64,000 nt of DNA, taken from NCBI GenBank assembly GCA_050118655.1, contig JASFKL010000001.1, forward strand, positions 186-64,185, in the 5' to 3' direction. Below, piece by piece: positions 38,804-49,236 of this stretch. Below the pieces are notes generated by a model. It made no database searches. It saw only the letters and a program-made list of their open reading frames with translations, and had not been told where the DNA came from. Position numbers and translations under genes: made by a program. Each line of letters starts with the position of its first letter. The first letter of the stretch is position 1. The DNA is from Gammaproteobacteria bacterium. GTDB lineage: Bacteria; Pseudomonadota; Gammaproteobacteria; GCA-001735895.

Positions 38804-41800
38804 CTAGATCTGTTCCAGCAGTGCCTGCGCCTCTTCCTTTTGCGCATCGTTGCCTTCGGCGATGACTTCCTCCAGGCTGCCGCGGGCGCCTTCGGTATCG
38901 CCCATGTCGATGAACGCGCGCGCCAGATCGAGCTTGGTCGACACCTCGTCCACGTCGTCCGGCAACATCAGGTCGTCGATATCGTCGAGATCGGCAGCAT
39001 CGGCTACCGCGGTCGGCTCGTCGAAGTCGCCGGGCGCGAAAGTACCGGTCCTGGCTTCCTCGTCGTCATCCTCCATGTCGACATCGATCGACAGGGAATC
39101 GTCGTCGCCGGCGGATTCCACCAGTGCCGTGGGCTCTTCGAAATCGTCGGCGCCGAAATCGAGTATCGATACATCCTCGTCGTCGTCGATATCCCCGTCG
39201 TCATCCGTCGGCAGCTGCAATTCACCGGTATCCAGCGACGGATCGTTGAGATCCATGATTCCGGTATCGTCCATACCGAGATCTATGCCCTCGTCGTCAT
39301 CGCTTTCGGAATCGTCGCCGCCGAGCAACGAGGCTTCCAGCTCATCGGAAGACACCACCGCGGTTGCTTCCAGGAAATCGTCGGCACCGTCTTCTTCGGG
39401 CACCTCCAGTTCGATCGAATCCTCGATTTCGTCACCGCCGTCGTCGTCATCCGCGAAACCCAGGTCTTCACCGAGATCGAAATCGGAGGGATCGTCGTCG
39501 GTGGTGCCGTCATCGAGGTCGAAATCCATCGCCATGTCGAGTTCGTCGTCTGCCTGGTCAGCCGATTCCCCGGCGCCGACGGTATCTTCGTCGTCTATCG
39601 AAAACTCGAGTTCGTCGCCGATATCATCGGGCAAGTCGAGGCCGCTGTCCTCCGGCTCTTCCGCCCGCTGATTCAGATTCGTTTCGTCGTCCTCGCCGAG
39701 GTCGGGGAAATCGCCGACTTGCTGGACCACCTGGGTGGCCGCGACTTCTTCCTCGCCCAATTCCGGCAACTCGTCGACTTGCTGGATGACCTGGGTAGGC
39801 GGTAAGCTGTCGTCGTCACCCCCCGATTCGTCTTCGTTGAAATCCCCTCCGGTATCGTCGGCGCCGAGATCGAAATCGGTAGTCGAGAAGCTGGTATCGT
39901 CATCATCGGCGCCGAGATCGAAATCAGCCTCCTGGGGGTTGGCGATCTCCAGATCCGCGGCACTCAGATCACTGTCCTTGGCCTCCGAGAACAGCGGATT
40001 GTCTGGCGCCAGTTCGTAGCCCATGATTTGCACGCGATCCCAGTAACGTGTCGCCGCATCGCCCATCGACTTGAGTTTTTCCGCTTCCTTGACGAAAGCC
40101 GATTCGTTCTTGGTCGCGAAATAGGTATCGAGCAGTTTCGAGCGGTAATCGGCGCGATCCGGATTATCGGTCAGGCTGCTGTTGAGTAATTCCTCGGCAT
40201 TGTCGTACAGGCCATAGGCGAGGTAGACATCGACCTCGTTGAGCACGTCGTCCTGTTCGGCGGGCTCTGCCGTGGCCGCCGGAGCGGGTGCTTCGGGCTC
40301 CGGCATATCGGTTGCCGAAATGATCGAGGTCTGCGCAAAATCATCCTCGGCTTGGGGCGGCACTTCGGCGGTAACTTCCGCCGTCGAGGTCATCGTATCC
40401 AGTTCGTCGGCGGACGGGATATCCTCGTCCGACGGTGTCTTGATGTCGGTATCTTCGGGGAGTTCGACATCCGCGAGATGAATCGGGGTCAGTTCTTCTT
40501 CGTCGTCGGCGAAAAGATCCTCGTCGCCGCTCGCGGTTATCGTCGATTCGCTGTCACTGCTGTTTTTTTTTCTCTTGATTACCAGCAGGGCCACCAGGAG
40601 CAGGACTACCCCGCCGAGCGCGGCGAGCGTAATCGGGTCGCTGAAGATTCCGCCCATAGAAGGCATCGACGGAATCATGTCGGCGGCGCCGGCCGGGAGA
40701 ATTCCATCCAGGAAGGACGGCTCGCGTTTCGTCTGTTCGGTTACTATTACGGGCGCCGGCGGAGTGGTCTGCTGTGCGGCCTGTCCCTGGTCGTCCGACT
40801 GCCCGCCGGTGGCGGCTTCTTCGCCCTCGTCGGCGGCCATCCCCTCGGTGGAACCCATTTCGGCGGCAGGCGCCTGCCCGGCAGCTTCGTCTTCGACCAT
40901 GCCGCCTGCAGTTCCCTCGTCGCTGACCATGCCGTCGTCGCTGGCCGCCGGGGCTTTCGCAGCCTCTTCCTCGGCCTGGGCCGCGGCCTCTTCGGCAAGT
41001 AATTCCTCGATGAGCGCATCCTCGCTGGACTCCACCTTCCCGTTACCCGCTTCAGCCGGTGGTTCCTCGACAGGCTCGCCACCTTCGGATGCTCCAGCTT
41101 CCGGTTGCTGGGCGGACTGATCGGCCTGCAGCCTGGCCAGGCTGTCATCCTCGATCTCGACCATTTTTTGCAGTTCTTCGACCTTGGACAGGCGTGCCTG
41201 GAGATCCGAGATACGCGATTCGAGTTCGCGATTCTCGATTCGGGAGGCCTCGAGTTCTTCCTCGGCCATCGCCAGCTTGGTGCGTAACTCTTCAACCTCG
41301 GCACCATCGCCGGTTCCCGCCGAATCGCCGCCGCCGTCGGCGGGCAACAGCAGGCTCAATTCGCCACCAGACTCGCCGGTATCGGCGGTCTCGCCGCCGG
41401 CGGATTCGGTGGATTCGGCGGACTCGCCCTGATCGACCGCGGCCGTCGTCGAAACGCCGGTTACCCGTGCGACATACTCGTCCCACAGACCATTCTGGAC
41501 CAGGACTTCCGCGTAGGCTTCCTGCTCACCCATGGCATCGAGTTCGGCGGCATCGGGAGCGCGCAGAATCGCGCCCTCCTTCATATTGTTGATATTACCG
41601 TCATTGAAGGCATCCGGGTTGGCGCGCTGAAAGGCGAGCATAACCTGCGACATGCTGTGACGGTCGTCCTTATAGAGCTTGGCGATACTCCAGAGGGTGT
41701 CGCCCTTATTGACGTATACCTCCTGGTCGAGGCCGGTCTGCGAACTGGAGGGCGTGTACTGGTAACTGCTCGAGTCGGCTATCGGCTCGGGCTCCGGTTG

Positions 41801-42418
41801 GGCTACCGGCTCGGGCGTCGCGATCTCGTTGCCAGAGCCGTCATCCGACAAGGCGATCGGCTCGCTGAGCTGCTCGCCGGTTTCGGCAGACTCGGCGGAT
41901 TCGGATTCCATGGTGCTGGTCACGCCGGTCTGCTCGACGATATCGCTGACACTCGATTCGTCGCTGATCGGTGCGGCGGCCTGCTGGCTGGCAGGCTCTA
42001 CGGGCGGCGGCTGATCGGCATAGAACGGCGGGTCGAGCAAGACCGTGAATTCGCGCAGTACCCTGCCCTTGGCCCAATCGGCCTCGATGAGGAAATTCAG
42101 AAAGGGTTCCTTGACGCCGTCCTTGGTGGACACCACGATGACGGCCTCGTCGCCGGCCTCGTTCTTCCTGACGGAAAAACGCAGGTCCAGAAGATTGCGC
42201 GGGCGTGCCAGGCCGGCGCGGGAAAATGCTTCGCGGGAAGCGAGGCTGACCAGTAAATCGTCGATCTCGCCGGGACGGGCGGAAATAACCGGGATCTCCG
42301 CTTCTAGCGGCTGGTTCAGGAATGACTTGACTTCGATCTCACCCAAACCCAAGGCGAGCGCGTTGGTCGGCAAGATCGCCGTTAGCCACAATGCAACTAT
42401 TAGTCCCAGATTACGCAC
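38804..42418 (-). CDS. fimV: FimV-family peptidoglycan-binding protein (LysM, long acidic repetitive region, C-terminal TPR-like FimV motif)
   Basis: Signal/TM N-terminus, FimV N-domain, LysM (YVNKGDTLWSIAKLY), a coiled-coil, and >400 aa of Asp/Glu-rich repeats with DFDLGADD units. C-terminal motif LDLARAFIDMGDTEGARGSLEEVIAEGNDAQKEEAQALLEQI. Conserved position between truA and asd. Confidence 0.85.
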   Translation of the reverse strand: MRNLGLIVALWLTAILPTNALALGLGEIEVKSFLNQPLEAEIPVISARPGEIDDLLVSLASREAFSRAGLARPRNLLDLRFSVRKNEAGDEAVIVVSTKDGVKEPFLNFLIEADWAKGRVLREFTVLLDPPFYADQPPPVEPASQQAAAPISDESSVSDIVEQTGVTSTMESESAESAETGEQLSEPIALSDDGSGNEIATPEPVAQPEPEPIADSSSYQYTPSSSQTGLDQEVYVNKGDTLWSIAKLYKDDRHSMSQVMLAFQRANPDAFNDGNINNMKEGAILRAPDAAELDAMGEQEAYAEVLVQNGLWDEYVARVTGVSTTAAVDQGESAESTESAGGETADTGESGGELSLLLPADGGGDSAGTGDGAEVEELRTKLAMAEEELEASRIENRELESRISDLQARLSKVEELQKMVEIEDDSLARLQADQSAQQPEAGASEGGEPVEEPPAEAGNGKVESSEDALIEELLAEEAAAQAEEEAAKAPAASDDGMVSDEGTAGGMVEDEAAGQAPAAEMGSTEGMAADEGEEAATGGQSDDQGQAAQQTTPPAPVIVTEQTKREPSFLDGILPAGAADMIPSMPSMGGIFSDPITLAALGGVVLLLVALLVIKRKKNSSDSESTITASGDEDLFADDEEELTPIHLADVELPEDTDIKTPSDEDIPSADELDTMTSTAEVTAEVPPQAEDDFAQTSIISATDMPEPEAPAPAATAEPAEQDDVLNEVDVYLAYGLYDNAEELLNSSLTDNPDRADYRSKLLDTYFATKNESAFVKEAEKLKSMGDAATRYWDRVQIMGYELAPDNPLFSEAKDSDLSAADLEIANPQEADFDLGADDDDTSFSTTDFDLGADDTGGDFNEDESGGDDDSLPPTQVIQQVDELPELGEEEVAATQVVQQVGDFPDLGEDDETNLNQRAEEPEDSGLDLPDDIGDELEFSIDDEDTVGAGESADQADDELDMAMDFDLDDGTTDDDPSDFDLGEDLGFADDDDGGDEIEDSIELEVPEEDGADDFLEATAVVSSDELEASLLGGDDSESDDDEGIDLGMDDTGIMDLNDPSLDTGELQLPTDDDGDIDDDEDVSILDFGADDFEEPTALVESAGDDDSLSIDVDMEDDDEEARTGTFAPGDFDEPTAVADAADLDDIDDLMLPDDVDEVSTKLDLARAFIDMGDTEGARGSLEEVIAEGNDAQKEEAQALLEQI
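39471..39925. repeat. DNA-level direct repeats (GCCGAGATCGAAATC-type, three copies plus a longer 23-nt near-identical pair) inside the fimV acidic-repeat coding region
   Basis: CCGAGATCGAAATCGG at 39471-39486. GCGCCGAGATCGAAATCGG at 39861-39879. GGCGCCGAGATCGAAATC at 39908-39925. On the coding strand these encode DFDLGA units. Confidence 0.6.
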
Positions 42419-42933
42419 GTTATAGTCTCCCAGCTCCCCGACCTATTTGTTATAAAAGTGCCTTAAATTCCATGCACCTATGATTGCAGCCAGAGAATTT
42501 ACTTTAAAGAAAGCACTTTCACAAGTAGATGTAAATACAGATTGTAGAAAAGATTTTAGCAAAATCTCTAAAACATTCACGAAATTATTGGTGAGCCCTG
42601 AAATCGCACTTTCCACGGTCTATCCCGCAGGGCCGCGGGAACGACGGTACGGAGCTTGTTGCAGGAGGCTTATAGCATAGCTAAACAATTGATTCCAATC
42701 GAAATACCCTGTTCTTCGAACCCTGTCACCTGGACCCCGAAAAAGGCTTCCGAGCGCCGTTTAAAGCAGGCCAGGCCGCGAATTCCCGCCAGAATAAGGC
42801 CCCGAGACCGGCGCCGATACCCGCAAACGCGTCGAATCCGGCCTTAACGGCCGCCTGGAATATGAAATATTTCCCAAAAAGGCTTTTCCCGGCGAGAACC
42901 TGACCGCCTCATCGAGGTTCGCGATCCGCTCGC

Positions 42934-44049
42934 CTAGCGTTGTTGCAAAATGTTCAGCATCCGGCGCAACGGCTCGGCGGCGCCCCACAGCAACTGGTCG
43001 CCCACGGTAAAAGCCGCCAGATATTCGCCGCCCATGTTCAGCTTGCGCAGTCTGCCGACCGGTATGTCCAGCGTGCCGGTTACCGCTGCCGGCGACAATG
43101 CATCCAGGGTTATCTGCCTGTCGTTTTCGAGCACCCGCACCCAGTCGTTCGAGGCCGCAAGCATTTCGTGGATCTCGTCGAGCGGCACATCCCGCTTGAG
43201 CTTGACGGTCAGCGCCTGCGAATGACAACGCATCGCGCCGACGCGCACGCACAGCCCGTCGATCGGGATCTGGTCGTCGCCGCGTCCGAGGATCTTGTTC
43301 GCCTCGACGCCCGCCTTCCACTCTTCGCGGCTTTGCCCGTTGTCGAGCTGCGCGTCGATCCAGGGGATCAGGCTGCCGGCCAGCGGCACGCCGAACTCCT
43401 GGCACGGAAAATCCGCCGCGCGCAACTGCTCGGTAACCCGCCGATCGATATCGAGGATCGCCGATGCGGGATCGTCCAGCCGATCGGCCACACTTCGATA
43501 GAGACTGCCCATGCCGGCGATCAGCTCGCGCATGTGGCGGGCGCCGCCGCCGGAAGCAGCCTGGTAAGTCATTACGCTCATCCAGTCGACCAGTTCGTGC
43601 TCGAACAGGCCGCCCATGGCCATCATCATCAGGCTAACCGTACAGTTGCCGCCGATGAAATCTCGGCAGCCGCCGTCGAGCGCCCGGTCGATGACCTTGC
43701 GGTTAACCGGGTCGAGAATGATGATACTGTCGCTTTCCATGCGCAACGCAGAAGCCGCGTCGATCCAGAATCCCTGCCAGCCGCTGCCGCGCAGATCCGC
43801 GTAAACCTGCTTGGTGTAATCCCCGCCCTGGCAGCTGACGATCGCATCCATGGTTTTCAGTTGCGCAAAATCGCCTGCATCCTGAAGCGGCGGTACCTCG
43901 CGGCCTATATCGGGCCCCGGCTCGCCTGCCTGCGAGGTGGTAAAAAATACCGGTTCGTCGATACGATCGAAATCGCGCTCCTCGAGCATGCGTTGCATCA
44001 ACACCGAACCGACCATACCGCGCCAGCCGACAAAACCTACTCTTTTCAT
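42934..44049 (-). CDS. asd: aspartate-semialdehyde dehydrogenase
   Basis: Translation [28 protein letters not shown]...catalytic Cys in [12 protein letters not shown]; 371 aa; collinear with E. coli Asd. Confidence 0.93.
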   Translation of the reverse strand: MKRVGFVGWRGMVGSVLMQRMLEERDFDRIDEPVFFTTSQAGEPGPDIGREVPPLQDAGDFAQLKTMDAIVSCQGGDYTKQVYADLRGSGWQGFWIDAASALRMESDSIIILDPVNRKVIDRALDGGCRDFIGGNCTVSLMMMAMGGLFEHELVDWMSVMTYQAASGGGARHMRELIAGMGSLYRSVADRLDDPASAILDIDRRVTEQLRAADFPCQEFGVPLAGSLIPWIDAQLDNGQSREEWKAGVEANKILGRGDDQIPIDGLCVRVGAMRCHSQALTVKLKRDVPLDEIHEMLAASNDWVRVLENDRQITLDALSPAAVTGTLDIPVGRLRKLNMGGEYLAAFTVGDQLLWGAAEPLRRMLNILQQR

Positions 44050-44071
44050 GTTTCAATCTCCGCCGGGCCAT

Positions 44072-45157
44072 TCATTTCCCGTGTTCACCGAGCGCCGCCA
44101 CCACGGCATCCCCCATTGCCGCGGTACCGACTGACTCGCCGTCGCCGGCGATGTCGGCGGTGCGCAGTCCCCGATCGAGCACCGTGCCAACCGCTTCTTC
44201 GATCGCACTTGCGAGTTCGGTTTGTCGCAGGCTGTAACGCAGCATCATAGCCAGGGAAAGAATCGTCGCCAGCGGGTTGGCGAGGCCCTTGCCGGCGATG
44301 TCGGGCGCCGAGCCGTGCACCGGCTCGTAAAGGCCCTTGCCGTTTTCGTCCAGCGATGCCGAAGGCAGCATGCCGATGGATCCGGTCAGCATCGCCGCGG
44401 TGTCCGAGAGAATATCGCCGAACATGTTGCTGGTGACGATGACATCGAATTGCTTCGGCGCTCGCACCAGTTGCATGGATGCGTTGTCGACATACATGTG
44501 GCTCAGCTCGACGTCGGGATAATCGCCGGCGACCCGCTCGACCACCTCGCGCCAGAGCTCGGATACCTCGAGGACGTTGGCCTTGTCGACCGAGCACAGG
44601 CGGCGGTTGCGCAGCATCGCGGCCTCGAGCGCCGCGCGCGCGATGCGCTCGACTTCGTGCTCGGCATAGACCAGCGTGTTGTAGCCCTGGCGTTCTCCGT
44701 TGTCGAGTTCTCGAATACCGCGCGGCTCGCCGAAATAGATACCGCCGGTCAGCTCCCGCACGATCAGGATATTGAGCCCCGAGACCAGCCCGGGCTTGAG
44801 GCTGGACGCCTCGGCGAGCTGCGGGTACAGGATCGCGGGTCGCAGGTTGGCGAACAGGTCCAGCGACGAGCGCAACTGGAGCAAGCCTTTTTCCGGCCGC
44901 AGCTCGCGCGGCAGCGAATCGTACTGCGGCCCGCCGATCGCGCCGAACAGGATGGCGTCCGCTTGCCGGCAAATTTCCAGGGTCTCGTCGGGCAGCGGTT
45001 TGCCGGATTGATCGTAGCCCGCGCCGCCGATGGCCGCGGGTTCGAGCTCGGCGTCGAAACGGAACTGCCGCTGCAGGCATTCGACGACCTTGACGGCCTC
45101 GGCGACGATTTCCGTTCCTATGCCGTCGCCTGCGAGTACTGCAATCTTGTGAGTCAT
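44072..45157 (-). CDS. leuB: 3-isopropylmalate dehydrogenase
   Basis: Translation [25 protein letters not shown]...NMFGDILSD, 361 aa. Confidence 0.95.
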   Translation of the reverse strand: MTHKIAVLAGDGIGTEIVAEAVKVVECLQRQFRFDAELEPAAIGGAGYDQSGKPLPDETLEICRQADAILFGAIGGPQYDSLPRELRPEKGLLQLRSSLDLFANLRPAILYPQLAEASSLKPGLVSGLNILIVRELTGGIYFGEPRGIRELDNGERQGYNTLVYAEHEVERIARAALEAAMLRNRRLCSVDKANVLEVSELWREVVERVAGDYPDVELSHMYVDNASMQLVRAPKQFDVIVTSNMFGDILSDTAAMLTGSIGMLPSASLDENGKGLYEPVHGSAPDIAGKGLANPLATILSLAMMLRYSLRQTELASAIEEAVGTVLDRGLRTADIAGDGESVGTAAMGDAVVAALGEHGK

Positions 45158-45166
45158 GGTTTTATC

Positions 45167-45802
45167 CTATTTCAGCCAGGGCATCGACTGGTAATACTGC
45201 TGCTCGAATTCGCGGATCTCGTCGGCATGCTGCATGGTCAGGCCGATATCGTCGAGGCCGTTCAACAGGCAATACTTGCGGAACTCGTCGATTTCGAATC
45301 TCATCTCCTCGCCGTCGGGAGTGCGCACCAGCTGGTTCTCGAGATCCACCGTCAGCCGGTAACCCTCGTTCTGCGCGACCGCGGCGAACAGCCGATCGAC
45401 CTCTTCGCCCGTCAGCGCCACGGGCAGCAAGCCGTTCTTGAACGAATTATTGTAAAAGATATCGGCGTAGCTCGGTGCGATGACGACCTTGATACCGAAA
45501 TCGAGCAGCGCCCAGACGGCGTGCTCGCGTGACGAGCCGCAAGCGAAGTTTTCGCGCGCCAGCAAAATCTGCGCCTGCCGGTAGGGTTCGCGATTGAGCA
45601 CGAAATCCGGATTCTTTCGCCGGGCCTCGTTATCCTGCCCGGGTTCGCCGGGGTCCAGGTAGCGCCAGTCGTCGAACAGGTTGATACCGAAGCCGGAGCG
45701 TTTGATCGACTTCAGGTATTGCTTCGGAATAATCGCGTCGGTATCGATATTGGCGCGATCGATCGCGGCGACGATGGCGGAAAAGGTTTCGAATTTATCC
45801 AT
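45167..45802 (-). CDS. leuD: 3-isopropylmalate dehydratase small subunit
   Basis: Translation [39 protein letters not shown], 211 aa. Confidence 0.93.
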   Translation of the reverse strand: MDKFETFSAIVAAIDRANIDTDAIIPKQYLKSIKRSGFGINLFDDWRYLDPGEPGQDNEARRKNPDFVLNREPYRQAQILLARENFACGSSREHAVWALLDFGIKVVIAPSYADIFYNNSFKNGLLPVALTGEEVDRLFAAVAQNEGYRLTVDLENQLVRTPDGEEMRFEIDEFRKYCLLNGLDDIGLTMQHADEIREFEQQYYQSMPWLK

Positions 45803-45814
45803 TACGACCTCGGC

Positions 45815-47218
45815 TCAAAAATTGCGTACATCGACGAAATGGCCCTCTACCGCGGCCGCGGCGGCCATCGCCGGCGATACCAGGTGAGTGCGCCCGCCCT
45901 GCCCTTGCCGGCCCTCGAAGTTGCGGTTCGAAGTCGAGGCGCAACGCTCTCCCGGCTCGAGCCGGTCGGCGTTCATACCCAGGCACATCGAGCAACCGGG
46001 TTCGCGCCATTCGAATCCGGCATCGATGAAAATCCGGTCCAGACCCTCGGACTCGGCCTGTTCCTTGACCAGCCCGGACCCCGGCACTACCAGCGCGAGC
46101 TTGATATTGTCCGCGATCTTGCGCCCCTTGACGACGCCGGCGGCGGCGCGCAGGTCTTCGATCCGCGAATTGGTGCAGGAACCGATGAATATCTTGTCCA
46201 GCCGGACCTGCTCAAGCGGCGTGTTGGGCTCGAGGCCCATGTAAGCGAGCGCGTTGCGGATACTCCCGGCCCGGGTGGGATCGGTTTCGGCGGCGGGATC
46301 GGGTACCTTGCCGCCGATACCACAAACCATTTCCGGGGAGGTTCCCCAGGTCACCTGCGGTGAAATATCGGCAGCGTCGATCTCGACTTCGCGGTCGAAC
46401 CGCGCATCGTCGTCCGAATGCAGATCGCTCCAGAATTCGACTGCACGGTCCCAGGTCTCTCCGCGGGGCGCGAACGGACGGCCCTTGATGTAATCGAGCG
46501 TGGTCTGATCGCAGGCAATCAGACCTGCACGGGCGCCGGCTTCTATGGTCATGTTGCAGACCGTCATGCGGCCTTCCATCGACAGATCGGTAATTGCATC
46601 GCCGGCGAATTCGATCGTGCAACCGGTGCCGCCGGCGGTGCCGATGACACCGATGATATGCAGCACGATATCCTTCGCGGTAATTCCCTCGGCTACCGAC
46701 CCCCTGACGCGCACGCGCATGTTTTTCGACTTTTTCTGAATCAGGCACTGGGTAGCCATGACATGCTCGACCTCGGAAGTGCCGATGCCGAAAGCCAGCG
46801 CCGCGAAAGCCCCGTGCGTCGAGGTGTGCGAATCCCCGCATACCACGGTCATGCCCGGCAGGGTCGCGCCCTGTTCCGGACCGATGACGTGCACGATGCC
46901 CTGGCGCACGTCGCCCATCTTGAATTCGGTGAGCGCATGCTTGTCGCAATTGGCGTTCAGCGTATCCACCTGCAGACGCGCGACCGGGTCGGTAATACCG
47001 TATTCGAGACCCGTGGTCGGTACGTTGTGATCGGGAACCGCGAGAATCGAGCGCTTGCGCCACAGCGGACGATGCGCGATTTCGAGTCCCTCGAAGGCCT
47101 GCGGCGAGGTAACCTCGTGAACCAGGTGACGGTCGATATACAGCAACGCGGTGCCGTCTTCGTCGAGGCGCACCTGGTGCAAATCCCAGATCTTGTCGTA
47201 CAGGGTCTTTCCGGACAT
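45815..47218 (-). CDS. leuC: 3-isopropylmalate dehydratase large subunit
   Basis: Translation [45 protein letters not shown] aligns with the E. coli LeuC N-terminus. I set the start at the internal ATG (arithmetic from the ORF-track end). Confidence 0.93.
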   Translation of the reverse strand: MSGKTLYDKIWDLHQVRLDEDGTALLYIDRHLVHEVTSPQAFEGLEIAHRPLWRKRSILAVPDHNVPTTGLEYGITDPVARLQVDTLNANCDKHALTEFKMGDVRQGIVHVIGPEQGATLPGMTVVCGDSHTSTHGAFAALAFGIGTSEVEHVMATQCLIQKKSKNMRVRVRGSVAEGITAKDIVLHIIGVIGTAGGTGCTIEFAGDAITDLSMEGRMTVCNMTIEAGARAGLIACDQTTLDYIKGRPFAPRGETWDRAVEFWSDLHSDDDARFDREVEIDAADISPQVTWGTSPEMVCGIGGKVPDPAAETDPTRAGSIRNALAYMGLEPNTPLEQVRLDKIFIGSCTNSRIEDLRAAAGVVKGRKIADNIKLALVVPGSGLVKEQAESEGLDRIFIDAGFEWREPGCSMCLGMNADRLEPGERCASTSNRNFEGRQGQGGRTHLVSPAMAAAAAVEGHFVDVRNF

Positions 47219-47314
47219 GTCGATTACCCGCAATAAAACTTGAGCGATTTTACGCCTGCATTTAAAATAACTCTAATTCATTATTTTCATAAATTTGATT
47301 CTATTTAGGAATAC

Positions 47315-48232
47315 ATGCAGCTCAACCAGATCCGCGCTTTTCTCGCTGTCGCCGAACTCGAGTCGTTTTCGCTCGCCGCCGAGCGCCTGCACGTCACCCA
47401 GCCCGCGGTCAGCAAGCGTGTCCGCCAACTCGAAAACAACCTGCGGGTGGAGCTGTTCGACCGTATCGGCAAGCGCAGCATCCTGACGCCCAACGGCCTC
47501 GCCTTCAAACCCCGCGCCGAGCGCATCCTCGAAGAATTGCAATCCTACCGCCAGGATCTCGCCCGGCAGCTGGGAACGCCCTCGGGCAGTCTGAGTTTCG
47601 CGACCAGCCACCACGTCGGGCTGCACCGCCTGCCGCAGGTGTTGCGCGAATTCAAGATCCGCTACCCGCAGGTCGACCTCGACCTGCAGTTCATGGATTC
47701 GGAGGATGCCTGCAGCGCGATCGCCGCCAACCAGCTGGAGCTGGCGATCGTCACCCTGCCCGAGGTCGTCGACGACAGGCTGATTTGCGAAACCGTCTGG
47801 ATAGACGAACTGGTCGCGGTCACCGCACCCGATCACGAACTCGCCGCGAGCGACGTGATCGATGCCGAAGAATTACTGCGCTACCCCGCCATCCTGCCGT
47901 CGCACGAAACCTTCACTCGCCGAATCATCGACAACCTGTTTGCCGACAACGACCGTCGGCTCGATATCATTCTCGAAACCAATTACCTGGAAACCATCAA
48001 GGTCATGGTGTCTGCCAACCTGGGATGGAGCATACTGCCGCGCAGCATGATCGACGCGAGCCTCATCGGGCATCGACTCGCCGGGCTCGACGCGCACCGT
48101 CGGCTGGGCATGGTGACGCGCAGGCATCGCAGCCTGTCCCCGGGTTCGAGCGCGATGCAGGAATTTTTGCGCGAGCTTGCCGCGACCCCGTCGCCGGCGG
48201 CCAATACGGCCGCCGGCCGGTCTACTGCATAA
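47315..48232 (+). CDS. LysR-family transcriptional regulator, divergent from the leuCDB-asd operon
   Basis: Translation MQLNQIRAFLAVAELESFSLAAERLHVTQPAVSKRVRQLE is a LysR helix-turn-helix, followed by a LysR substrate-binding domain. A 96-bp AT-rich shared promoter region separates it from leuC. Confidence 0.85.
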   Translation: MQLNQIRAFLAVAELESFSLAAERLHVTQPAVSKRVRQLENNLRVELFDRIGKRSILTPNGLAFKPRAERILEELQSYRQDLARQLGTPSGSLSFATSHHVGLHRLPQVLREFKIRYPQVDLDLQFMDSEDACSAIAANQLELAIVTLPEVVDDRLICETVWIDELVAVTAPDHELAASDVIDAEELLRYPAILPSHETFTRRIIDNLFADNDRRLDIILETNYLETIKVMVSANLGWSILPRSMIDASLIGHRLAGLDAHRRLGMVTRRHRSLSPGSSAMQEFLRELAATPSPAANTAAGRSTA

Positions 48233-48281
48233 CCCCTGGTTTGTTGCTATAGTCAGGACGTCACCATTCAAGGAGACTTCA

Positions 48282-48665
48282 ATGCGTCCTTTAATGAAAG
48301 TATCGATTCTTGTCGCTGCCATACTGCTCAGCGGCAACAGTTTCGCGGGTGAAGTCAGCCGGGCCATGTTCACCATCGGCATCGACAATCGCGAGCCCGT
48401 CATCATGGTCGACAGCATCGACAGCAGCGCCTACAACTCGATTTCTTTTTTCACCGAGTTGAAAGATCTCGAAGGTCATAACGTCACCCATCAATGGAAA
48501 TTCGACGGCAAGGTGATGTTCGAAAAAACCTTCGAGGTCAAGGGCGCCCGCTGGCGCGTGTGGACCAGCAAGACGCTGCTGCCTTCCTGGACCGGCGAGT
48601 GGACCGTCAACGTGCTCGATACCGATCGCACGGTACTCGCCAGCAAGACTTTCGAGTACCTGTAA
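48282..48665 (+). CDS. small secreted protein of unknown function (cleavable signal peptide)
   Basis: Translation MRPLMKVSILVAAILLSGNSFAGEV... is a signal peptide with an AGE cleavage region. RBS AAGGAGA lies 5 nt upstream. C-terminal W-rich beta-like region (RWRVWTSKTLLPSWTGEWTVNVLD). Confidence 0.6.
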   Translation: MRPLMKVSILVAAILLSGNSFAGEVSRAMFTIGIDNREPVIMVDSIDSSAYNSISFFTELKDLEGHNVTHQWKFDGKVMFEKTFEVKGARWRVWTSKTLLPSWTGEWTVNVLDTDRTVLASKTFEYL

Positions 48666-48671
48666 ACTGTT

Positions 48672-48685
48672 CACGGCATGCCGTG
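48672..48685 (+). terminator. perfect 14-nt palindrome hairpin just after the stop of the small secreted protein gene
   Basis: CACGGCATGCCGTG lies 7 nt after the TAA stop. No strong U-tract follows. Confidence 0.25.
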
Positions 48686-48747
48686 CTTCATTCCCTGCCG
48701 GAGTGGAGAACGGCCCGCCGTTTCTGCCGTTTGCCGCGCTGACGACG

Positions 48748-49236
48748 ATGTACTGGCCGAAGAAAATTTTCATCGCGTTGACCGCGATCGTCCTGCTGCA
48801 GTCGGTCTTCTACTACCCGAAGATGCCGGCGGTGGTCGCCTCGCATTTCGATGCGCAGGGCGCGGCCAACGGCTGGTCCGGCAAGGAAGTTTTCTTCGGG
48901 CTTTACCTGGCTATCGTCCTGTTGCTGTTCGGGGTCTTCGGCTGGGTACCGAAGTGGATCGAATCACGCCCCGGCAAAAGCGTTAACATTCCCAATCGCG
49001 ATTACTGGCTGGCCCCGGAACGCAGGGCCGAAACCTGGGCCTTCTTCCGCCGCCAGATGATGCTGATGGGTGACCTGCATCTGTTGCTGGCGATTTTCGC
49101 CTTCCAGCTGGCGATCCTCGCCAACTTCGATCGGCCTCCTCGATTGCATCCGGCGATCGGCTGGGCGCTGGCTTTTTACTTCATCGTTTTCACCGCCTGG
49201 CTGATCCACTTTTTCCTGCATTTCAAAAGGCCGTGA
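48748..49236 (+). CDS. DUF1648-like small integral membrane protein
   Basis: Four hydrophobic helices ([72 protein letters not shown]). The start is ambiguous: ATG at 48748 or GTG at 48703. The stop overlaps the next gene's GTG start (GTGA). Confidence 0.55.
   Translation: MYWPKKIFIALTAIVLLQSVFYYPKMPAVVASHFDAQGAANGWSGKEVFFGLYLAIVLLLFGVFGWVPKWIESRPGKSVNIPNRDYWLAPERRAETWAFFRRQMMLMGDLHLLLAIFAFQLAILANFDRPPRLHPAIGWALAFYFIVFTAWLIHFFLHFKRP

Noticed and set aside
38840-39805. Ser/Pro-rich plus-strand ORFs (321 aa and 273 aa) inside fimV
   Set aside because: Alternate-frame and antisense readings of the fimV acidic repeat region. Low-complexity translation is an artefact of the repeats.
42480-42680. 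66-aa ORF in the AT-rich region upstream of fimV
   Set aside because: No RBS and no recognisable family. The region is better explained as the fimV promoter or 5' UTR. Kept only as a low-probability small-protein candidate.
42940-44250. 436-aa plus-strand ORF
   Set aside because: Antisense shadow of asd and the leuB 3' end.
47233-47314. looked for a leucine leader peptide or attenuator upstream of leuC
   Set aside because: The only small ORF on the leuC strand encodes MKIMN with no Leu codons, and there is no terminator or antiterminator pair. The region appears to be a plain divergent AT-rich promoter shared with the LysR gene.
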